The position numbers and the translations under genes are program-made. The notes beneath the pieces are model-generated. The model was given only the letters and a program-made list of their open reading frames with translations, did no database searches and was not told where the DNA came from. From contig CBFFRP010000400.1 of assembly GCA_965644295.1 (NCBI GenBank), positions 124,001 through 188,000 of the forward strand: a stretch of DNA of 64,000 nucleotides. The letters are read 5' to 3'. This stretch comes from Paraphysomonas bandaiensis (lineage: Eukaryota > Protista > Chrysophyceae). The stretch's first letter is position 1; every line of letters starts with the position of its first letter. Below, one piece after another: positions 50,357 through 62,826 of the stretch.

Positions 50357-52832
50357 GTTACGACCCGTGAGAAAAATGTGCCAGTCGATGAACTGGCAGT
50401 GCCAGTTCATCGACTGGCAGTTTTTGACTATCACTCAAAAACCCACCAAGAAAGTGAGCCCGTCAGTGAAGTGGCTTATCCAGCCGTGTTTTTTTTCATT
50501 CCACCCACATACCATCGTAAGATATCGTAGTTGATGATTATCGCTCAATGCAACAGCCTGATAGTAATATAAGTGCTACATATATCATTGTATCAAACAA
50601 GAAGGAATGACATCGGTGGTTAAAACTGTCTCATCAGGGAGCACTGTACGACCAGAAGTTGCATCGTCAGTAGACGACAACACTAGATCTATCACTGATT
50701 CCATTAAAATTGAAGAACACAAACGACTGTTCTATCTGAATGCACAAAACGCTTTCGCAAATTCAATTAAAATTTTCTCTCAGTCGAAATACCTTGAGAT
50801 CGTCGAGTCGATGAAATCATTTGACTCCAAGCCTCATAGGAACCGCTCCTGTCTAGACTACCGATGGCTCCTGTTGCAGTATTGGTAAATGAGCACGGTG
50901 ATACTCCATCAAGAGGGGCGAAAAGTAAAGCAGTGAGTGCCGCACTAGCTGAACAATGCGAAAGGATGAAAAGATTTTCCACGTCTGGCACTCCAACCGA
51001 TGAGGCGGAAGTCCTACAGGTGGGTAGTGTTGTTTTAGTCAAACCACATCAGGTGGACCGAGGACAAGTTGATGAAATCAGGTTTCCAGTTGTTGTTGTT
51101 GAGGTTACCCCCAATGAATTACTTCGTCTGTACGCTCCCGGGGGAGTTTAAACTCGTGTTATAACCGATCAGATCTGATTCACGAGCCAAATAAGACCCC
51201 TGCTTCATACCAACGTCATCTTGGAAACTATGAGAACTGGAGAAATTCGAAGACTATATCAGAGAGAGAAGCTGCAACTATGTTTTCTCCATCCCTTGGA
51301 CAGGGGTTTAGTAATTGTAGTTGCAAGGGTAAGTGCAACAGTAATAAATGTGTGTGCAAGAAGAATGGATTTCTCTGTAACTAGGTGCCACAAAAGCAAT
51401 TTGCTTGCGTATTGTAACAAGTAGTTGGTGCCATAGTAAACTACAGACTACTACTTAACTGAGTAGAAAAACAACCTTAACAAGTAACATGAATCTTATT
51501 TGGTACTGGTTGCATGAATCTTATTAGCAACTAGTGATATATAAATCGCTATTTATTAACATCATCAGTACATCAGCTCTAAGTATTTTAGTAGCTATTT
51601 ACCTTAATATTGTGTCCACTGTCTGCAGATGATATATGTAATGAATAGAGTGTAGAAAGCCTATCACATAATAGCCATATTATTGAGTAGATCTTGATTC
51701 ATATAGAGTCGATATTCATAATAATTGTACATATTCAAACATGGAATATGTACAAGCGAAAGCATATACAATAGAGAGCTCATAGTATAAAATAACCCGA
51801 TAGCTGGTTACTACAAGTAACATGAATATTATTTGCTACTAGTGATATAAACTAACATCACTAGTACATCAGTTATAACTAATGTAATCAGTTGTTATCG
51901 TACAGCCTATAAGGAGTATCCGCTGTCATCATATATGTAATGAATATAGAGTATCATCTGTACAATAGTACTACATTAATTAAAAACATCAGTATATCAG
52001 TTATAAGTAATTTAGTCACTATTTACCTTGTTATCGTGTCCACTGTATGGGGAAGTGGACCAACTAATGTCCCCCAGGGACACAGCACTCTGCAGTTGAT
52101 GTAACGCACATACTGGAAGAATTCCTCACCACGGGTTAATGGCACCGTCGAAGATCCGATGCGAACTTACTCACAGACATTGGTCCAAAGCTAGGAGATA
52201 TTACAGACCCCAACCACCAATGGGACCTACATCAATACATCCTCAGGCGAGACAGCACGTACGCTACACAAACGCAGCGAGACCCGCAGTGGAACGAGGC
52301 TCCCACACAAACTCCATCCAATCCGCACCCATAACTCCCCTAACACTACATCTCTTTCCCAGACCGCATACGCGAAACGGTATACGTCTGGAACAAATCC
52401 TATGCAATGGGAAGAAATCGAGTCAAAAGCAAAACCGGGAATGACCAGACAACAGCTGCCGCATGCATAGACTGTAGAATCACCAATCAGAGAATATGAC
52501 AAACCAAGTTAGTAAGACTATACATAGCTTCTAGTCACAACCGTTCCCATGTAAAAATAAGATATTCTTATGTCTTATCCATGCTCTCATGAAGAAGGAA
52601 GTAGCACTGAAGAGGGATACAGATATCTATCTTGATACTGAAGGCTGGTAGGCTGGAATAGCATCTTGTGGGCTAATAATCAGGAGCTCTTATGATACTA
52701 GTTATGAGATGCTGTCTACGCTGGGAATCCGAGTGGACTTGCTGTATACTTGACTGTATTTCCCGTATATCGTTTCCTTTCAACATCATCAAACCAGTCG
52801 ATGAACTGGCAGCTGCCAGTTCATCGACTGCA
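50356..52832 (+). mobile_element. Non-autonomous integrase-type (KRBA2/SCAND3/GingerRoot-like) element with terminal palindromes, inserted in (TACA)n
   Basis: TG...CA ends, with the same palindrome at 50379-50419 and 52795-52830. Broken ORF 50607-51424 contains VGSVVLV..VDRGQVD and GQGF-CxC..C..C.C..C..RCH..C.NK-like C-terminal motifs. No DDE core seen. Confidence 0.7.
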
Positions 52833-53132
52833 TACATACATACATACATACATACATACATACATACATACATACATACATACATACATACATACATACA
52901 TACATACATACATACATACATACATACATACATACATACATACCTACCTACCTACCTACCTACCTACCTACCTACCTACCTACCTACCTACCTACATACA
53001 TACATACATACATACATACCTACCTACCTACCTACCTACCTACCTACCTACCTACCTACCTACCTACCTACCTACCTACCTACCTACCTACCTACCTACC
53101 TACCTACCTACCTACATACATACATACATACA

Positions 53133-53164
<32 letters not shown>

Positions 53165-53535
53165 CATACATACATACATACATACATACATACATACATA
53201 CATACATACATACATACATACATACATACATACATACATACATACATACATACATACATACATACATACATACATACATACATACATACATACATACATA
53301 CATACATACATACATACATACATACATACATACATACATACATACATACATACATACATACATACATACATACATACATACATACATACATACATACATA
53401 CATACATACATACATACATACATACATACATACATACATACATACATACATACATACATACATACATACATACATACATACATACATACATACATACATA
53501 CATACATACATACATACACACATACATACATATAC
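52833..53535. repeat. (TACA)n/(TACC)n compound microsatellite
   Basis: Read directly; TACC blocks at ~52941-53113. Confidence 0.99.
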
Positions 53536-53649
53536 ATGCATATACATGCATATGATCTCATGTTGGTCGTGTTTAGTTCTTAGTATCATCCCATAACTCT
53601 CAATATCATTTATATCCAGTGTAGTCTGATCTGTTGAGGGATTTGGATA

Positions 53650-56600
53650 ATGGGGAATGAGATTACGAAGAAGTATGAGTTACCTGCAGGTGATTATGTA
53701 TGTCTGTGTGTATGTCTGTGTGTGTATGTATGTGTATGGGTTGATATGGAAGGACTCTCATGGAGTATGTGTGTATGTGTTAGTGGTTATATATGCGTGT
53801 ATACATACGTGATTAGTGTATATATGTATGTATGTATATGTATGTATATGTATGTATATGTGTGACACATGTGTCTATATGATATAAGTAACTTATGTAC
53901 AGAGCACAATGCCACTGCTGGACTCTGTCAACTATGGAAGATATATCCTGGCTATAAGATGGCTAAAGATATGACCAAGAGAGAGGTCTCTGTGTGGATA
54001 ATGACTAAAGATGGACTCTCTAAACGTGATCCAATACCTGTAACTGAAAAGAGTCATGTAGAACAAGTCTTTCAGATTATGAAGAAAGATGTATTAACTA
54101 TGAAAGACATGTCTCATGGTGGTATTGTTAAAGTTATTGAGGTATCACTTGTTTAGTAGATATTTTCATGTTAATTTTTAGTTAGGTTGTTGAAGAAGGA
54201 CGAAAAGGTATAGCGTTTGTCACCGAACGGATTGTTTGCTCCCTAGCCGACCTCTTACAACGATTTGAGTCTATACCTGGGCGGTACAGCTGGCATAGCG
54301 TGTATTTGGACCCTAGCGCGACCATAACAGAAGTTGAAATTTCACGGGGTATTCTAAATATAGCCTCTGGACTACAGTACTTGCACAGTGTTAAGCGCCG
54401 ACTCCATCTCAATATTAGTCCCGAAAGTATTGTACTAACTCCAAATGGTCAGTGGAAGCTTTGTGGTCTGGGTTTCTCTCTCAGTATGACTGCTGACGAT
54501 GTGAGGGTTGCGCTACCATACTTTCTGAACCAGTCTAATGCACCCATTCGCCTCGAGCCGGATGTGCGTTACTGTGCACCTGAAGTGACAGAAGGCGGAC
54601 TCTCTCCTGGTGGTAATATTCGTTATGCTTCTATCCCCACTGACATTTTTGCTCTTGGTCTCTTGGGGTTTGAGGTATATCGTTACAACCTTCAAACCGC
54701 AATGCAGGGCAGAACCCATATACCTGTACTTGACGTGAATAATAACAGCATATCTGAGCATTGCTCAAAAGTATTGGATGCCATCGCGAAATTAGACTAC
54801 TCTTCTGTGCCTCTTGCTCTGAGACAAGTGGTAACAGGAATGCTGCAGGCCTCCGCGGCCGCACGTGTATCGGCACTGGATATCATTAACAACCCGTTTT
54901 TCCATTCTGGGGATCTCGCTGTACTGAAGGCTATGGATGAGCTGCCTTCCAAAGATGTGGGTTCCCAAGCATCTAATTTGGCATCCTTACCGTCACAAAT
55001 TAGCCATTTCTCACCCCGCCTAATAGAGAATTCCATACTTCCTGTTGTTTGCTTGATAGGAACGGCAAACCCAGCTATGTGGTCTTACACTCTGCCTGTA
55101 CTGGCTTTCATTTCGTCCAAGATACCCTCGCAGTCATTTCTACGCGTAGCAACACCTGCAATTACCAAGGGACTCGCTGTGTCTGACTTTACAGAAACGA
55201 TATATGCCTTCGTGAAGCATGTAGACCTTTTGCTGGACAATTTTGACATGCAATATTTTCAACAGAATGTCGTCCCAATGCTGTGTAATGGGGTGGATCG
55301 ACAGAGTTCTCCATCTTTACAGGTGTCTGCCATCAAAGTTCTGGTTGACGACAGGGTGCAGAAACATATTGATCAAGATACTTTTCTGACTGAAATAGTG
55401 CCTCGAGTTTGCAAGGAGGCGTGCAAGAATGCAGACGTCGACGTCAAGGTACGACCGGCTGTAATATACTAGTTTTGTTCCCAGATGTCCAAGTGCATGT
55501 TGTTACCATTAACAGTTGCCTATGTTTTGTTCCCAGATGTCGTTCTTTTTCCTAATTGTGTTCTCTGCAGCTGAGGGCTCTCTATTTGTTGTCAGTTACT
55601 GCCTCTCGATTCGACAGAAACTTCGTCACAAAAAATATATTCCCATCTCTGAAACATATCCTTGAGAAAGCACCTCCACCCCAGGTTTCGATGGCGTGCG
55701 TGGGTGTCTACAGTGCAATGCAGCCGCTTGTAAACTCTGACTCCCTGTGCACTGCTGTTCTTCCAGTTCTCGTGCCTATCTTGGCGGACCGGACACTTAA
55801 CAGAGAGCAGTTTGAACTACTCACGAACCGCATACTGTTCTTTCAGCAGCTTGTATTGACTGACCGTACCAATGAATATAGTATTCCTGAAATACGAGTC
55901 TGGAATAATCAGAAGCCTAAAGGGTACTTCTTCAAGGAAGATGCAGACAAGGCAAAGGGTATAAACAGTGGAATGATAACTCCTCAGGCTCCCCCTCCAC
56001 CCCCACCTGCACCACACAGTTCTTCCAACAGCACAGCCCCCCCCCCTGTACCGTCCAAACCCCCACCTGCTGTCCCATCATCAGCACCTCCTAGCGTGCC
56101 TAATAAGCCACCTAGCGTACCAAGTAAACCACCTAGTGTGCCTAGCAGCGCCCCGTCAAGTTCTCCTCCTCCAGTACCACAGAAACCCCCCAGTATACCT
56201 GCTACGGCCGCCCCTAGCGTTCCCCCGAAGCTTCCTGCTGCTCCTCCTGTTCCAGAAGCTGCTACTTCCGGTTCATCCCTAGCATCATTCTTTTCTTCGT
56301 CGTCTTCGGCCGCCACCACACAGTCTACTGCAGCCTACACTCCTCCCTCAGTACCCTCGCCTGCCCCTGCTACTGCTAATGACCCCAACGACATTGATAT
56401 CGATGACTTCATGTCTTCTTTCAAAAAATCATCCAATACATCTACTAGCGCAACCACGACGTCTGGATCTAGTAATCCACCCCCATTCACCCCTACGATC
56501 CCACCTCCAAAGAGAGCTTCTTACTCGGATAAACCTCAGCAGCAGCCTGTGCAACAGTCAGGTGGATGGGGAGCGGGGGGTATGGATATGTTTGGTGATA

Positions 56601-57121
56601 TGACACTCTCTCAGCACTCAAACTCATCGGCTGGTAGCTCAAGTGGTATGGGAGGAAATAGCATGCCTGCTGGCGGGGGTTTTAATACAGGCAACATGGG
56701 TGGTAGTGCTAGTGACTCAGCGTCTATAGAAGAGCAGATACGACGTACACAAGCTGAGATCGCCCGTCTTTCTGGCCAGCAGCAAGGTTCAGGGTACGGT
56801 CAGCAAGGGAACATGCAATATAACTCTCAGCCAAATTATAACCAACAACAGTACGGAGGCTATGGGCAGCAACAACAGCAGATGGACTTTTTTGGAATGG
56901 GTTCCCCGTCCTATCCCCAGCAACAACCACAACAGCAGCAGTTTGGGTCGCAAGGCATGGGTTATAACCCTCCTCAGCAGCAGCAGTACTCTCACCAAGC
57001 TTATGGTGGACAATCAGGACAGTCTGGTGGTGGTGGGGGCTATCAGCCACCTTCAATACCGCAACAGCAGCAGCAAAGCAGTAACAATAATGATCCTTTT
57101 GGATTCTTGGACTTTAAGTAG
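53650..57121 (+). CDS. SCY1-like (SCYL2-type) pseudokinase with HEAT-like region and Pro/Gln-rich tail (4 exons)
   Basis: Exons ~53650-53689, 53903-54141, 54186-55448 and 55571-57121. Motifs WKIY, FVTE, LHLNISPESI, WKLCGLGF, YCAPE; NDPF tail. Confidence 0.88.
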
Positions 57122-58477
57122 TTGGATGAGTATGGCCGATCAATAATAGTAGTTATTATAGGAATGTGATCTAATTAGAAGATAAGTTTTATAACTACTA
57201 ATGAAGTTTGCAGTAAATATTTATCGTCGTACTGTGTTCAAATGTAGCGTATGCTGAAGAAAAATTACTATACGTAGATATTACATATCACTGAAGTGGA
57301 AAATATTTCTCAGCGCCCAAAATATATAATAATATTTAGTACTGGTCATTAAAATAATATTATTATATATTTTTGCTGGCAATATATTGTTATTCCCATT
57401 TTGTCTAAAAAATTCTTTATTTTGACCTAAATTAAGATCAACAGAACGCTCATAATAGCATCGGGAAAATATAGACTTCTACAGAAACACTTCTACCTTC
57501 ATTATGATATTCACAGTCATAAGTCATAAGTACACTGTAATATTACCTATAATAGATTATAGAGAAACCACAACGATGAGTTAACTTTAAAAAGCAGATC
57601 ATCAAACACTCCAAGTTTTAATCCATCCTTTTCTTCGTCTGATATGAAGATCATAATAATATTATGTGCAAGCAATTTATCTTCATAACCTCCTGGGCTT
57701 CGAAACAACTTCAAGAATATTACAGAAGAGTTTAAGTGTCATATATGATGTATTATGATATTATATACTGAATAGGTGATTAAGAGCAGTGGCTCCCAGT
57801 TCTTTCAGGGTCAGTTCGTGCTTATCAGGATATTGTGTGTGCTTCGTATCGCGTAGACACACCATTCTAATCAAGTGCACTAGTAGAGGTTAAGAGTGTT
57901 GGATATAAATGTGATGATGGTGTGCTATATTATAGCATTTTGGGTATAGTGAATGTCTATTTATTAGAAATAGGCGTGTAAGAGCCAGAACTTATGCGGA
58001 ATTGCAATTTAACTAAATTGTGCTTAATTCTGATATCCTACTATGTTCAATTAGCGCTACGACAGCTACTTGTGCGTCACCGCAAGCACCAAGGTGCAAC
58101 CACTTTCGCTCTTTCTGTCCTGAAGGTGAACTATCCTTCACTAGGTAGCCAAATACCCGGCTACCCTTGAGGTGGGCCATTCCCGGATGCCTCCTCATTC
58201 GTCGAGGCCCAAGCACGTCTACACAAGTCACACTTATTAGTGTCCCTTGCACCACACAAGCATTTGGCTGTGAGTGGGCAGAACAATATCTGGTGACTGT
58301 ATGCGCGGCTCACGTTTCTTTCCTGGAGAAATGTTTCCGGTACTTATCCCCCATAGTCCGACTGTGTTGAGAGATGGAATACTAGGATGTAAGAGTTAAG
58401 GACTAGCTAGTAAAATTGTTTTTGCTTCATTAATGTAACATTAGTTCTGAGCTAATAATACGATATTCACGACAACT

Positions 58478-58975
58478 TGGTGGTTCGGGCGACGCACAAG
58501 CAGCTGTCGTAGCGCTAAATAGTAGAATAACAGAGTTAAGCTTAAGTTAGTTAAATTGCAATGCTACATTCGTAGCGCTACATAGTAGAATAACAGAGTT
58601 AAGCTTAAGTTAGTTAAATTGCGATTCTACATTAGTTCTGATTCTGACACCATTAAATTACACTTGTAGTAGCACAGTACAGACTGAATTACGGTAAAAG
58701 ATATATATTGAAATTATGATGTTGTAGCACTGTTATTGATTAGACACATCATCACTAACACCAAAATTCTGTTCTACAAATCGTATCTTTAAAGCTACTA
58801 TATTTTCAGTTTCATTGTATACTTTTATTGCTACTCCTATATTTGTATTACTGTATATTCTGTATTTCTTTTGTACATAGCATACATGATAGCTACATAT
58901 TGCTTCACGTACGCACGTAGGAGTTGAATGTAGTTCAATATACATGCCTATTGCTAATAATCAGACATTCACTAC
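58478..58975 (+). repeat. Third copy of the 24.3-24.8 kb repeat, with an internal ~63-bp tandem duplication
   Basis: GGCGACGCACAAGCAGCTGTCGTAGCG at ~58488 and GCCTATTGCTAATAA at ~58946. Confidence 0.65.
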
Positions 58976-59509
58976 TGCTCATACAATTCTACAGCTACTT
59001 TACGTAGGACATATATATGTTCAGGTAGAGTAATAATAGCTCCCATCAATAATACCAATATTTGGCATAACCGAGTTCCATATTATTCAACCCCCATCAA
59101 CTCAAATTCTGAAATACTACTTACAAACTTTATATATTTCTTTATTTTTCCATGCACTAAAAATATCAATGGCTCTATTGCGTGGTGATTATATTCATCA
59201 CGCTTTCCTAAATATTCTAATTTCATGAAAGAAATCGCTTCCTTTTATGCTAATAAGCATATTCAACTAGAAAGCGTTCATAAAAGCACTTTTTCCCCGA
59301 GTTTGGAAAAAGCTTACCCACACAGCAACATAAATAATTATAAAATTGTGAAAAAAAAGTTGATGAAAGCGTAATATACAGAGTCTTCTTCCGAGTGTTG
59401 TGGATTCTCTGCGTCATTTTTGTTTGGTGAGATGAACTCGAGAAAGTGAGACTTTACGGGGGCAATATATTCGTTAGATACAAAAAGTATCCCTTGCTGC
59501 GACAAAAGT

Positions 59510-59870
59510 TAAGGAACAGACTTTGCACAACGTGTTCTGGACAGCATCGAGACCACCAAGAGAGCTCGACTCACGAGTAGCCCAACTAACAGAGTGTGCT
59601 TCATATCGAAACACAATCTAATTTCATGTTGTTGAGAGACTATATAGTCGTCTATAGTTGATTGTAATACCTGAATGCATAACGTCTCGAATCATTGCTA
59701 TTCGTACGATCCAACTACATATTATGGGATGCTACTACCCTCCACGAAGCCTTGCAAGAAGACCCTGATATGCCAGTGAAGCAAGATGATGATGATGATG
59801 TGTAGTTACGAGACGTAGTCTATGTAACCTCATTCGTAAGTAAGATGGCATCATACTATCTATTATGAGT
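59510..59870 (+). pseudogene. Second, more decayed hAT-like remnant
   Basis: Colinear with 47750-48110 (TTTGCACA.CGTGTTCTGGACAGC, CACCAAGAGAGCT, CTATCTATTATGAG). Confidence 0.65.
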
Positions 59871-60489
59871 GATCTTATCCAGTTAATCATTGACGGTTAC
59901 CAGCCTCTGTGATAGATATACATAACTCATAGTGCTATGAATGCAATAATCATTGCAATTAAGGCATAGAAAATGCATCAGTAATGCTCTTATTAATCAT
60001 ATCTTATTATCTTATAACAATATCTGCCATTAGTTGCATTGTGTTGCATTGTTTTCTAAGTGTGTATCTGTGTGTTGTATCTTGCATTTTAATGTACGTA
60101 ATAATCCATACATAACTACAGCAGTACGCCCCATATCTACACATACTATACATGTACATCTGTATCTACAGTACAGCAGTACATATATGTACAAATACAT
60201 GTACTTTTGTATGTACTGCTGTACATATAACAGAGTACTCTGTACGTTGTATATACAGCAGTACATAACATGTACAGTATACCTGTATATGGAAAACCTT
60301 GAAAATTGTGTGAAAACCATGGAGTTTCAAGGTCACAATATTCTATAATTGACATACTGTTGCTGTCTGTGAATCAGGCGAAAAAATCCAGTTTTTTTTG
60401 TTGTATTCTGTTTTTTGATGATATATACACACAACGTAAAAAGGGTGATTTTTGACCTGATGAAGATACCGTATACCGTATTCGTATTC

Positions 60490-60618
60490 GTATATTTTTG
60501 TTCAAAGATGCCTCTAATATTGAGGCAATAAATATCTGTATTCTAGCCGTAGTTGTATCACAGTAATAAGAAGATTTATGCTTCAATTTATTTCCGAAAA
60601 ATAAGATGCATACGACTG
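60490..60618 (+). mobile_element. ~140-bp MITE-like repeat, copy 4
   Basis: Same core as copies 1-3. Confidence 0.7.
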
Positions 60619-60738
60619 TTGTAGGCACACAGACATGATGTATCTACACTGTACATATATCTACACAGCACACACATTGCAATATATCTCGATAACGGGT
60701 TCATATTACTGCAGTGTTTATTGCGGTATATTGACGGT

Positions 60739-62118
60739 ATGGAAGGGTGTTTCTTATCCCCCAATGAGCTGAGCAACCGTCTTCGAGAGGCAACTATCGA
60801 TGCAAGTGCCGACAGCACTGAGATCAGGATGGTTCATGTGGCCCCTAAGACTTTATCTACATTTGCCACTGCTCTTCATAGAGGATTTCAAATGCTCCAG
60901 CAACTGATGGTTAACATTAAACCTGTGGTGTGTGTGGATGACTCCTCTATGTGTCCAGCGGAGTTTGTGGATAGCATTCAAGAGGAGTTGAGAGGGGCGG
61001 ACATTGTCCTCATAGAGGTACATGGTGCTGAACAAGAAGTTCGAATACTAGAAAGTGTGTTGGATTACTGCAAAGAAAAGTCTAACAAAGTTATGGTGCT
61101 AATACATCGTCCAGAAGAGTTTATACTACGCATCAAAAGAGAGCGTGGCATCAGTACTGTTGAGACTCATACCGCTCTAGCTGAGTTGTTCAATGATGTA
61201 CACGCAATAATACTTTTAGGGAAGTCAGGAATCCAGAGGTATTCACCAATATGTCCTCATAAAAGAGTGACGGCTATCTTTCACCCTTATTTCGATGCGC
61301 GACCTATTCCAGATAGTCCCCGAAGATACAGACCTGACTCAGTTGTGATAATAGGGTCTAACACTACCTGGGGTGAAATGCGTGATATATCGGATGTCGA
61401 CAGTCTGTTAGCTTCCCTCCGGGTCTTTAGTGATGAAAGTGTTAAGGTTATAGGGTATATTTCAGGAAATATTCAGTCGAAACATGTCGATGTGATGAAG
61501 TATATCTCCAGGCAGAATTCTACCGTCCTTTTCCTCTCCAACGAAATGATTGAAAAAGCATATAGCGAGGCGCTATTTATTGATGAAGATAGCTTTCGCG
61601 AGTGGCTGTATAAAGTATCAGACAGTGGCAAGCGATTAATTATACGAGGTCGTGTGGTGCACACTCGTACTGAAGCTGACGTCATTTCGAACATCATTTG
61701 TGAAAGTTTGCCGCCCTCAACAGACGACTTGATAAATGTTTGGGAATCTCGTTTAGTGGATTTTAACCTGCAACTCTATAGAGAAAATCTTAGAGATTTG
61801 CGTGATTCGAACAGAGATATGCCTAAGGAAGAGTACTCAGGAACATTACACAAAGGCCTACCTGAAATATTTGTTGTGTTTGAATCGCCTTCTATGGATG
61901 ATGTGGGCAAGGACGAAGGCCTACAAATGCTCACCGTATCATCCCACGATTTCCGTAATCCTGACTTTACAGAAACTTCGAAACAGATAATCCATCTAAT
62001 CCGTACGCCGGAGGAGCGCTTAGGTATACTTCGGCACAATTTCACCATTGCACAGAGGAATAGTCCAGAAAAGGCTGCTTATGGCTATTATATATTAGCA
62101 AGAGAGCTTGAGGGTTAA
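60739..62118 (+). CDS. Unknown intronless protein (~459 aa)
   Basis: Long ORF with first ATG at 60739 and globular alpha/beta-like composition; no family recognised. Confidence 0.7.
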   Translation: MEGCFLSPNELSNRLREATIDASADSTEIRMVHVAPKTLSTFATALHRGFQMLQQLMVNIKPVVCVDDSSMCPAEFVDSIQEELRGADIVLIEVHGAEQEVRILESVLDYCKEKSNKVMVLIHRPEEFILRIKRERGISTVETHTALAELFNDVHAIILLGKSGIQRYSPICPHKRVTAIFHPYFDARPIPDSPRRYRPDSVVIIGSNTTWGEMRDISDVDSLLASLRVFSDESVKVIGYISGNIQSKHVDVMKYISRQNSTVLFLSNEMIEKAYSEALFIDEDSFREWLYKVSDSGKRLIIRGRVVHTRTEADVISNIICESLPPSTDDLINVWESRLVDFNLQLYRENLRDLRDSNRDMPKEEYSGTLHKGLPEIFVVFESPSMDDVGKDEGLQMLTVSSHDFRNPDFTETSKQIIHLIRTPEERLGILRHNFTIAQRNSPEKAAYGYYILARELEG

Positions 62119-62826
62119 TCGCATTAAGCGGTAGGGTCCCAGTCATTGATAGTGGTGTATGTCCTGTTAACTACAACAATACAGTTACAGTAAGCACCAA
62201 TAAGTAAAATTTGTAATATAACACTTTATTCTTGCAGTAGTACGATGAAATAATGTAGAGTAAAATAAGATTGAGAATGCCTACCTACAGGTGTCTAGTT
62301 CTGCAAAATTAGTAATATCTGACTTGCGGTATTGTATATCTCCGACATTAATATGCTGCTACCATTATATATTCAGTTGAATTTGAACGAAAATAATGGT
62401 TCACTAGATTGAAAGGCATAGGTTGAAGTAAGTAGTGTATTATTCTACAAGCAGTGGATAGGTAGATATCTTGAACATATATATTATCACGTTATCACCT
62501 TGTTCAACTTCGTTTGCTGCCTTCGTAGGTTAGAGTATAATATTTTATAAAGTTTCTCATTTCTAAATCTATTGTAATGTCTTGAAGTGCATATTGTATC
62601 CTAAAGTATCTTATGATTTACAGAAGGTTGTCTACTCAGTAAACAAAAGCCACGTCTAAGGTGATTCGCTGTGTCTCGAGGTACTAATACTCGTCATACA
62701 GATTACACCATTACACAATGTATAAGCAATAGCAATGAGATGGAAGCAATACTGTGCACAGTGTTTGTTTAGACTTTTTCAGCGTAATGTGTATATTAAT
62801 TTAATGAGATTTTCAAAATGGTGCTA

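Noticed and set aside
33139-57121. Functional cluster of NMT with two MG-start kinases
   Set aside because: Myristoylation motifs are common and the genes are interspersed with unrelated ones; there is no evidence of co-regulation.
57540-58380. Possible decayed coding sequence
   Set aside because: Only short open stretches, with no recognisable motif or consistent gene model.
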